Source of the DNA: a bacterium
GTDB taxonomy: Bacteria; Hydrothermota; Tepidihabitantia; Tepidihabitantales; Tepidihabitantaceae
Assembly: GCA_046485285.1 (NCBI GenBank)
Contig: JAWOHE010000004.1
Location: 1 to 23,245, forward strand
DNA: 23,245 bases
Reading direction: 5' to 3'
The notes under the pieces: model-generated
What the model was told of the DNA's origin: nothing
Seen by the model: only the letters and a program-made list of their open reading frames with translations
The model's database searches: none
Program-made: the position numbers and the translations under genes
Shown here: piece by piece, positions 16,477-23,245 of the stretch
Position numbering within the stretch: position 1 is the stretch's first letter
Layout of the letters: the number at the start of each line of letters is the position of its first letter

Positions 16477-16704
16477 CCCCGGAGCGGTCCCCGGGGCGGC
16501 TCCCGGGACGGCCCCCGGGGCGGCTCCCGGGGCGGCCCCCGGGACGGCCCCCGGAGCGGCTCCCGGGACGGCTCCCGGAGCGGCCCCCGGAGCGGCTCCC
16601 GGGGCGGCCCCCGGGGCGGTCCCCGGAGCGGTCCCCGGGGCCGTCCCCGGGGCGGTCCCCGGGACCGTCCCGGGGATATCCCCGGGGATATCCCCGGGGA
16701 TATC
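16477..16704. repeat. GC-rich minisatellite, 19 x 12 bp
   Basis: Units such as ccccggagcggt, ccccggggcggc and tcccgggacggc, ending in three ccc(c)ggggatat units. Confidence 0.95.
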
Positions 16705-16769
16705 CCCCCCCTGCCTCAAGGCTTGGTCGGTGAGTGACTTACGTTTTGGCGCCCGAGAACAGGGCGAAA

Positions 16770-17041
16770 GGCAGAGCGATGAACGCTGAGCTGCGGGCAG
16801 GATTCAACACAAAGTCACGAAGGGGTGATGTGTGTGAGGACAAGGACGCGGTCCGGAGGCAAAGACACAAAGGACGGCACGAGGGCAGAGCGCCGAACCT
16901 TGCTTCGCGTTCTACGCGAGTGCCCGCACCTTGAACCTTGGACCCTGAACTGGTCCTCGCGGACCCTGAACTGTGAACTTTGAACCACGGCCCGAAGGGG
17001 CCGGAGAGGGATTTCTCCACGCTGGTCGAAATGACGGGCGG
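16770..17041 (+). repeat. Composite repeat, right orientation: inverted 114-bp unit, small hairpin module, heptamers, GATTTC...GAAATGAC REP
   Basis: 16770-16892 is the reverse complement of the 14084-14305 unit; 16931-17004 mirrors 14011-14070; agggatttctccacgctggtcgaaatgacgggcgg at 17007-17041. Confidence 0.9.
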
Positions 17042-17058
17042 GCGGGCGGGATGTGATG

Positions 17059-17086
17059 TTGACATAGCAGAATCATCGGCTATTCT
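17059..17086 (+). promoter_or_regulatory. Promoter of AAA ATPase 2, leaderless, with an overlapping imperfect palindrome
   Basis: TTGACA-16 bp-TATTCT, 7 nt before ATG 17094; ATAGC-aGAatcaTCg-GCTAT at 17064-17083. Confidence 0.72.
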
Positions 17087-17093
17087 GTATTTG

Positions 17094-18281
17094 ATGTATA
17101 TCGAAAGGCTGGCTGAGACGGGTTTGCGCCGGGCCCTGGCTTCCGGCAAGGTGGGCATTGTCGTCGGGGCGCGGCAGGTCGGGAAGACGACCCTTGTCGA
17201 GCACGTGCTGGCCGGCCGCAAGGCCCTGTTCCTCAATTTCGACGTTGAGATAGACAAGCAGAGGTTCCTGGCCGCCGCGGCCCTGTCACCGGCGGACAGC
17301 CTCAGGAGCCTGGGCAGTCCTGAGGTGCTGGTGGTGGACGAGGCCCAGCGCCTGCCCGAGGCGGCCCGGGTGGTCAAAGGCTGGTACGATTCGCGGCTGC
17401 CGCTCACGATGCTCCTGCTCGGTTCTTCGAGCCTGGACCTGCTCGACCAGGCCGCGGAGAGCCTGACCGGGCGCAATGAGCGGCTGGTATTGCCGCCGCT
17501 CGTGTTCGAGGAGGCCCTGCGTTCCCGGCAGTGGTACTCCGATGCGCACCCGCCCGCGGTGCTCCGGGAGCAGTTTGCCGCGCCGCTCAGGGTCTCGCTG
17601 ATGGAGTCGCTGGCGTTCGGCGGGTATCCCGAGGTCGTGCTCGCCGAGGACAAGCCGCGCCTGCTGAGGCAGTTGAGTTCGGACTACCTGTGGAAGGACA
17701 TCCTCCAGACCGGGCTGGTCAAGACGCCGGACCTCATCAAGCGGCTGTTGGCGTTGCTCGCGCACCAGGTCGGGAGCGAGGTCTCGACCCAGGAGCTGGC
17801 GACCCGGCTCCAGATGGCCCGGCCGACGGTCGAGCGGTACCTCGACCTGCTGGAGCAGACTTACGTGGTCTTCCGCCTGCCGTCGTTCAGCACGAATCCG
17901 CGCAAGGAGATTACCCGGGGCAGGAAGGTCTTCTTCTGGGACACGGGAATCCGCAACGCGCTCCTGAACGCGTTCTCGACCGAGGAGTTCCGTCCGGACA
18001 TCGGCGCGCTGTGGGAGAACTGGGTGATTGCCGAGGCGGCAAAGCACAACCTGCTCCGGGGCGCGGTCAGCGAGTTGTTCTTCTGGCGCTCGCGGGCGCA
18101 GTCGGAGGTGGACCTCGTCGTCCGGACCGGCGACCGCCTGAGCGCCTTCGAGGTCAAGTGGCGGGCGCGGCGGCCGGCGGGCCGGGCGTTCGAGGCGCAG
18201 TACCGGGTGGCGGTGCGGCAGGTCAGCGCGGAGAATCCGTTCATCGGCAGACAGGTGGCGGAGGAGGGAGAAGAGCGCTGA
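17094..18281 (+). CDS. AAA+ ATPase (AAA_14 + DUF4143), copy 2
   Basis: MYIERL start; GARQVGKTT, VVDEAQ, LGSSS, ESLTGR, FGGYP, KVFFWDTGIRN, EVDL...FEVK. Confidence 0.92.
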   Translation: MYIERLAETGLRRALASGKVGIVVGARQVGKTTLVEHVLAGRKALFLNFDVEIDKQRFLAAAALSPADSLRSLGSPEVLVVDEAQRLPEAARVVKGWYDSRLPLTMLLLGSSSLDLLDQAAESLTGRNERLVLPPLVFEEALRSRQWYSDAHPPAVLREQFAAPLRVSLMESLAFGGYPEVVLAEDKPRLLRQLSSDYLWKDILQTGLVKTPDLIKRLLALLAHQVGSEVSTQELATRLQMARPTVERYLDLLEQTYVVFRLPSFSTNPRKEITRGRKVFFWDTGIRNALLNAFSTEEFRPDIGALWENWVIAEAAKHNLLRGAVSELFFWRSRAQSEVDLVVRTGDRLSAFEVKWRARRPAGRAFEAQYRVAVRQVSAENPFIGRQVAEEGEER

Positions 18282-18300
18282 GCTACGGCCCGGACGGGCC

Positions 18301-18532
18301 GGGCCACCACCTCACCCCAACCCTCAGACTTCACGTCCGACGTGAGTGCCCGCACTACCAGGAGCAGCACCCCCTTCTCCAGAGGCGGAGAGGGAGCCGG
18401 ACGAAAAGGGATTTCTCCACGCTGGTCGAAATGACGGGCGGCGGAGGGCAGAGCGATGAGCGCTGAGCTCTGAACTTTGGACCTTGAACCACGAACTTTG
18501 AACTGGTCCTCCTGGACCGCAAACCTTGAACT
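18301..18532 (+). repeat. Composite repeat between the convergent AAA genes
   Basis: cctcaccccaaccct...tctcc..ggagagg REP interrupted by an insert; 35 bp at 18407-18441 identical to 17007-17041; heptamer run 18447-18532. Confidence 0.88.
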
Positions 18533-18541
18533 GCGGGATTT

Positions 18542-19723
18542 TCAAGCCGGGCGGCCGCGGGAGCGGATGTCGGCCGCCAGCGCGGCCAGCGGCACCGCCT
18601 CCACGTCGTCACCAAGCGGGTAGCGCTCGCCACCGGGGTAGACCACGCAGCGGCGGTCGGGCTTGAGGTCAGCGCAGGCGGAGTGGAACCCGCGCGCCGG
18701 CCGCGGCCGGAGGCTTCTCTTCACCTCGACCGCCCAGCGGTCACCATCGCCGAAGACGATCAGGAGGTCGAGCTCCGCACCGCCCGCCGTGCGGTAGAAG
18801 TACCCGGTTGCCCCGTCCGGGGCGCCGACCAGGAGGTTCTCAACCACGAACCCCTCCCAGCTTGCGCCCGCCACCGGGTGGCCGAGCAGGGCGTCGCGGT
18901 CCCCGAGCGCGAGGAGAGCGTGCAGTATGCCGCTGTCGCGCAGGTAGACACGGGGCGACTTCACCAGCCGCTTGCCGGTGTTGGCGTGCCACGGTGGCAG
19001 GCGCCGGGCCAGCAGCAGGTCAACCAGCAGGTCGAGGTAGCGGGCCGCGGTCTTCGCGTCCACGCCGAGACTCCGCGCCAGCTCGGCGGTGTTGAGCAGG
19101 CCACCCTGGTGGTGCGCCAGCATCGTCCAGAAACGGCGCAGGGTCTCGGCGGCAATCCGGGGGCCGAACTGCGGGATGTCGCGCTCCAGATAGGTGCGGA
19201 TGAAGTCCTGCCGCCAGCGCATGCTCTGCTCCGCACTCCGGGCGAGCAGGCTTTCCGGAAACCCGCCGCGCAGCCAGAGCGTGTCGGCCGGCTTGCGGGT
19301 CGGTTCGAGCACGGTGAAGGGCGCGAGCTCCAGGTAGCGAACCCGACCCGCCAGCGACTCGCCCGACTGACGGAGCAGGTCAAACGACGCCGAGCCCAGC
19401 AGGAGATACCGGCCGGTGCCGTATCCCCGGCGCCGGGCGCGGTCAATCAGCCCGCGCAGAACCGGGAACAGGCCGGGCGTCCGATGCACCTCGTCGAGAA
19501 TCACCAGCTTGTCCAGGTGCCGCTCAAGGTACAGCTCCGCCTCGGCGAGCTTCGCACGGTCCCGCTCGGATTCAAGGTCCAGGTAGAGCGCGTTCTCCCG
19601 GCTCCGCTTCACCTCGAGCGCCAGGGTCGTCTTGCCTGCCTGCCGGGGGCCCAGCAGGCAGACTGCGGGGACCTCGTCCAGCGCCCGCATCAGCGAGGGA
19701 GCCAGAAGACGCTCGAGTGTCAT
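18542..19723 (-). CDS. AAA+ ATPase (AAA_14 + DUF4143), copy 3
   Basis: MTLERLL start; GPRQAGKTT, ILDEVH, LGSAS, ESLAGR, WLRGGFP, FIRTYLERD, KSPRVYLRDSG, ELDL...VEVK. The ORF-track extension to 20311 is translated repeat sequence. Confidence 0.92.
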   Translation of the reverse strand: MTLERLLAPSLMRALDEVPAVCLLGPRQAGKTTLALEVKRSRENALYLDLESERDRAKLAEAELYLERHLDKLVILDEVHRTPGLFPVLRGLIDRARRRGYGTGRYLLLGSASFDLLRQSGESLAGRVRYLELAPFTVLEPTRKPADTLWLRGGFPESLLARSAEQSMRWRQDFIRTYLERDIPQFGPRIAAETLRRFWTMLAHHQGGLLNTAELARSLGVDAKTAARYLDLLVDLLLARRLPPWHANTGKRLVKSPRVYLRDSGILHALLALGDRDALLGHPVAGASWEGFVVENLLVGAPDGATGYFYRTAGGAELDLLIVFGDGDRWAVEVKRSLRPRPARGFHSACADLKPDRRCVVYPGGERYPLGDDVEAVPLAALAADIRSRGRPA

Positions 19724-19730
19724 CCTAGCA

Positions 19731-19758
19731 ATTATGGCATGAGATTCCTGAATTGCAA
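19731..19758 (-). promoter_or_regulatory. Promoter of AAA ATPase 3, leaderless
   Basis: Minus strand TTGCAA-16 bp-CATAAT, 7 nt before ATG; GCAATT (19728-19733) and AATTGC (19751-19756) inverted pair. Confidence 0.68.
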
Positions 19759-19851
19759 GGATGACCGTCTCGGCCCGCGCCGCGAGCGGCTCCTGCCCGA
19801 AGAAGGCAGGCGGGAAGGGGCGCGGAGCGAAGCGAGAAGGCGGAAGACAGA

Positions 19852-20165
19852 TTGCAGAATGCAGAGTGCAGAATGCAGAGTGAGGAAACGGGCCGGGCGG
19901 AAAGGGAAAGGAGGAGGCGGAGGGCAGAGCGATGAGCGCTGAGCTCTGAACTTTGGACCTTGAACTACGAACTCTGAACCACGGCCCGGAGGGGCCGGAG
20001 AGGGATTTCTCCACGCTGGTCGAAATGACGGGGGGCTGCGGCGGCCGTTGGTCGAAATGACAGGCGGCGGAGGGCAGAGCGCCGAACCTTGAACCTTGAA
20101 CTTTGGACCTTGAACCTTGAACCTTGAACCTTGAACTGGTCCTCCCGGACTGTGAACCTTGGACT
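19852..20165 (+). repeat. Composite repeat: NTGCAGA heptamers, TGAAC heptamers, GATTTC...GAAATGAC REP
   Basis: ttgcaga atgcaga gtgcaga atgcaga (19852-19879); 19916-20004 block; REP at 20001-20032; half-REP at about 20047-20061; ttgaacc run about 20082-20160. Confidence 0.88.
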
Positions 20166-20195
20166 GCGGCCCGCGGCCCGGACGGGCCGGAAGTA

Positions 20196-20223
20196 TTGAC
20201 AGCCGGGCCGGCGAGAGTAGGAT
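20196..20223 (+). promoter_or_regulatory. Promoter of the dehydratase gene
   Basis: TTGACA-16 bp-TAGGAT. Confidence 0.7.
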
Positions 20224-20243
20224 ACAGCACAGGTTCTGACGTG

Positions 20244-22190
20244 ATGACACCCAAGGCGGTCAATGCCGAACTGAGCCTCGCGAGGATTGCCCGCGAAATT
20301 GCGCGTCCCACCCGATGGAAGCGTATCGCGTTCTACGTCTTCTTCGACGCGCTGGTCGTGGCGGCCGCGAGCCTCTTATCCTATGCAGCGGCGGTGCGCG
20401 AGTTCCTGCCCGCGTTCGGCCACTTCGCCTCCGATGTCCTGCCCTTCGCCGGGGTCGTGCTGGCATTCCAGGTCGGGCTGAGCTTCTTCCTCTCCTCTTA
20501 CGACCTGCGCTGGTCGACCTTCTCGCTGGCCGACCTGCCGCGCGCGGTCATCCCCGGAATCGGGACCGCGGTCGTGCTCGGCGGCGTGTCGCTGACCGGC
20601 CGGTTCGTGACCCTGACCCCGTGGTCGGCGCTGACCTGGTGCCTGATCAACATCTGCGGGACGATTGCCGTGCGCGGCGCCCGTCGCTTCTACTCCGAGG
20701 TCGTCCGGCCGCGAGGCGGGAAGCGGGCGCTGATAGTCGTCTGCACCGACAAGGCCTACTTCCTGCTCGACGTCCTGCGCCGGATTCGCGCCTTCCAGTA
20801 TCATTTCGTCGGGTTCATCGACCCGGCCCCGGGCAACCAGGGCTCGACGGTGCAGGGCGTACCGGTGCTCGGCGGCTTCGCGGACGTCGAGGAGGTGGTG
20901 GCCCGGCACCGGGTCCAGGCCGCGCTGGTCCTCCTGAGCGCGAACCCGGAATACCCGATGAACGGGCTCTACCAGCGCCTGCACGAGCTCGGGCTCGAGG
21001 TGCGGATAATCCCGTCGTTCGCGGACATGCTCAGCGACCGGGCCGACGTCGGCGCGCTCGAGCGGCTGAGCATCCACGAGCTGACCGGCCGGCCGCCGGT
21101 GACCGTCGACCCGTGCGACATGCGCGAGCTGTTCGGCGGTCGGCGGGTGCTGGTGACCGGCGCGGGCGGCTCGATCGGCTCCGAGCTCTGCCGCCAGCTC
21201 TGCCGGTTCGAACCGGCGCTGGTGGCGCTGTTCGAGCGCGACGACTCGAACCTGTTCGGCATCGAGCACGAGCTCGGCGCAGCCTACCCGGGCATCGAGC
21301 TCTTACCGTTCCTCGGCGACGTCACCCGCGAGGACGACGTCGAGCGGGCGTTCGCCCGGGTCCGGCCCGAGGTCGTGTTCCACGCCGCGGCCTACAAGCA
21401 CGTCCCGATTCTCGAGTTCCACCCGGCCGAGGCGGTCCGGGCCAACGTCGTCGGCAGTCACGTCGTCGCCCGGGCCGCGGTCCGGCACGCGACCGGCCGG
21501 TTCGTCTACATCTCGACCGACAAGGCGGTGAACCCGACGAGCGTGATGGGCGCGAGCAAGCGCATCGGCGAGACGCTGGTGACCGCGATGAACGGCCAGG
21601 GCGGGACGCGGTTCATCGCGGTGCGGTTCGGCAACGTGCTCGACAGCCGGGGCAGTGTCTCGACGATTTTCCGGCGGTCGATATACCTGCGCCGGCCGCT
21701 GACGCTGACCGACCCGGAGATGAAGCGCTACCTGATGCTGACGAGCGAGGCGGTCCTGCTGGTCCTGCAGGCGGCCGCGATCGGGCAGGGCGGCGAGGTG
21801 TTCGTGCTCGACATGGGGAACCCGGTGCGGATATGGGACCTCGCCGAGACGATGATTCGCCACGCCGGCCTGCGGCCGGAGGTGGACATACCGATTGTCG
21901 TGACCGGGCGGCGGCCAGGCGAGAAGCTGTTCGAGGAGCTCCTGACCGCGGAGGAAGGCACGGTCGTGACGATAAACCGGCGTATCTACCGGGCGCGGAT
22001 TTCCGCGAAGCGGGGGTACGATGAGCTGGCCGCGGACGTGGCGCGGCTCGAGGCCGTGGCCGGGAGCGCGGGCCCGGCCGAGGTCCGGGCGGAGATGCTC
22101 CGGCAGGTTTCGAGCTACACGCCGGACCTGGCGTGCCTGAATGGCAGGCCGACAGCATCGGGCAGTGCCGCCGTCGCGGCGGCGGAGTGA
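20244..22190 (+). CDS. Membrane-anchored NDP-sugar 4,6-dehydratase (CapD/PglF/WbpM-like polysaccharide biosynthesis protein)
   Basis: Four N-terminal TM segments, CoA-binding-like domain, TGAGGSIGSELCRQ, FHAAAYKHVP, ISTDKAVNPTSVMGASK, VRFGNVLDSRGS, VLDMG.PV.I.DLA, RPGEKLFEEL. Confidence 0.93.
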   Translation: MTPKAVNAELSLARIAREIARPTRWKRIAFYVFFDALVVAAASLLSYAAAVREFLPAFGHFASDVLPFAGVVLAFQVGLSFFLSSYDLRWSTFSLADLPRAVIPGIGTAVVLGGVSLTGRFVTLTPWSALTWCLINICGTIAVRGARRFYSEVVRPRGGKRALIVVCTDKAYFLLDVLRRIRAFQYHFVGFIDPAPGNQGSTVQGVPVLGGFADVEEVVARHRVQAALVLLSANPEYPMNGLYQRLHELGLEVRIIPSFADMLSDRADVGALERLSIHELTGRPPVTVDPCDMRELFGGRRVLVTGAGGSIGSELCRQLCRFEPALVALFERDDSNLFGIEHELGAAYPGIELLPFLGDVTREDDVERAFARVRPEVVFHAAAYKHVPILEFHPAEAVRANVVGSHVVARAAVRHATGRFVYISTDKAVNPTSVMGASKRIGETLVTAMNGQGGTRFIAVRFGNVLDSRGSVSTIFRRSIYLRRPLTLTDPEMKRYLMLTSEAVLLVLQAAAIGQGGEVFVLDMGNPVRIWDLAETMIRHAGLRPEVDIPIVVTGRRPGEKLFEELLTAEEGTVVTINRRIYRARISAKRGYDELAADVARLEAVAGSAGPAEVRAEMLRQVSSYTPDLACLNGRPTASGSAAVAAAE

Positions 22191-22201
22191 GCGCGACGAG
22201 C

Positions 22202-22417
22202 GGGCCACCACCTCACCCCGACCCTTCTCCCCCGGAGGCGGAGAGGAAGCCGGACGGGCAGGAAAGGGATTTCTCCACTCCGCTACGCTCCGGTCGAAAT
22301 GACAAGCGGAAGCGCCTCGCGGCCGTTGGTCGAAATGACGGGCGGGGACGGAGGGCTGAGCGATGAGCAAGAGTCCTGAACGATGAACTTTGAACCAGGA
22401 ACCTTGAACTTTGAACA
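22202..22417 (+). repeat. Composite repeat after the dehydratase gene
   Basis: gggccaccacctcaccccgacccttctcc..ggagagg; gatttctccactccgctacgctccggtcgaaatgac; gttggtcgaaatgac; tgaac heptamers at 22376-22417. Confidence 0.85.
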
Positions 22418-22574
22418 TCCGCCATCGTCGCTATGGGCTTGACAAAGCGGCAGACAGGGCGAAGATGTTGGCGGATTGGGGCAGGGAGCGGGGCGGTGCG
22501 AGGACAGGGGAGTTGACAGGACGGTTCGGAGCGTGAAGACAGGACAGAGACCGCAGATTGCACAGGAGGCGGAG

Positions 22575-23245
22575 ATGGAGACAGACGTGAAGGCAGGCGG
22601 AGACGGACTCAGGGCCGGGGCACCGGGACGCGGTTTTCTTCGCGTCCTCGTGCTGGCGCTCGCGCTCGTCGCGCTGATGACGCCGGCGTGGGCCCAGTTC
22701 GACCGGACCGGGGTGCTGGTCAACGTGCCGACGACCGGGGTTCTGCCGGGCGGGATGATAGCGGCGTCGGTCGGTCTGACCGGGCCGCTGATGGACCCGG
22801 CGACGAGCCGGAACACCGGGCTTGAGCTGGGCGGCGCTCTGCGCTACGCGCCGGTGGACCGGCTGGAGCTCGGGCTGACGGCGTACACGCTGATGGACTG
22901 GGTGCTGGGCGCGACCTGGCAGCTGTTCGGTGAGCCGGACGGGGCCGCGTTCGCGCTCGGGGTCCACGACATCGGGCTGAGCAGGTACGTCTCGCCGATC
23001 GGCAACGGGCTCGACGACGCGTGGCCGGACTGGAAGTACCGGCACGACAACCTCGGCAAGAAGGACCGCACGTTCGAGAACTTCTCGGCGTTCGCGGTCG
23101 GGAGCGTGCCCTTGGCGTCGTTTGCCCGGCTGCATCTCGGGGCGGGCCGGGGGCGGTTCGTGGGCTACGACCGGGGCCGGTACGTCAACACCGACATCTT
23201 CTTCGACAAGACGACGCCGTCACACTGGTGGGCGGTGGGGCTGTT
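22575..23245 (+). CDS. Exported, probable outer-membrane beta-barrel protein (YjbH-like); runs off the window
   Basis: Not in the ORF track. My translation: METDVK...RVLVLALALVALMTPAWA-QFDRTGVLVNVPTTGVLPGG...LRYAPVDRLELGL...AFALGVHDIG...RLHLGAGRGRF; open to the window end. Confidence 0.7.
   Translation, partial: METDVKAGGDGLRAGAPGRGFLRVLVLALALVALMTPAWAQFDRTGVLVNVPTTGVLPGGMIAASVGLTGPLMDPATSRNTGLELGGALRYAPVDRLELGLTAYTLMDWVLGATWQLFGEPDGAAFALGVHDIGLSRYVSPIGNGLDDAWPDWKYRHDNLGKKDRTFENFSAFAVGSVPLASFARLHLGAGRGRFVGYDRGRYVNTDIFFDKTTPSHWWAVGL

Noticed and set aside
16249-16719. 156-aa ORF with (xxPG)19 repeats
   Set aside because: Translation of the minisatellite; overlaps the dehydrogenase antisense and has no clear start signals
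19724-20311. N-terminal extensions of AAA copy 3 (also 16980-17093 for copy 2 and 20124-20243 for the dehydratase)
   Set aside because: They translate intergenic repeats (FKVQGS, VISTSVEKS, NLE); promoter positions and family N-termini support the later starts
12639-22417. Classical integron with attC sites
   Set aside because: No tyrosine recombinase in the window, genes have their own promoters and mixed orientation, and repeats lack a clear RYYYAAC...GTTRRRY structure
1-23245. tRNA, rRNA or known riboswitch
   Set aside because: None recognised by eye; an Rfam/tRNAscan search would be needed to exclude them formally

Overview
High-GC bacterial chromosomal window with five parts. (1) 1-2790: the 3' end of a probable transposase, then a HEAT-repeat protein, an HD hydrolase and a secreted hypothetical protein. 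(2) 2877-5003: an SOS mutagenesis cassette, lexA - small YqjX/ImuB-C-like gene - Y-family polymerase, with a perfect palindrome over the lexA start. (3) 5057-9523, minus strand: two membrane proteins, pyrR-pyrB-pyrC and a lipoprotein with a degenerate alpha/beta-hydrolase site. (4) 9637-12531: a candidate RiPP system with a PqqD/RRE protein, a soluble Ser/His S26-type peptidase, an NTP_transf_5 nucleotidyltransferase and two ~60-aa precursors. The precursors share a WxxPKL leader and three-Cys cores; the ORF track gives both the wrong start. (5) 12640-23245: the start of a surface-polysaccharide locus (NDP-sugar dehydrogenase, CapD/PglF-like dehydratase, YjbH-like protein) interleaved with three diverged AAA_14/DUF4143 ATPase-nuclease genes and a four-helix-bundle gene. 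Nearly all spacers in part 5 are mosaics of heptamer runs and REP-like modules. Their orientation flips at the four-helix-bundle gene, giving nested inverted repeats. Across the window, promoters follow TTGACA-16 bp-TAnnnT and several genes look leaderless. All family calls are from motif recognition by eye; no database search was run.
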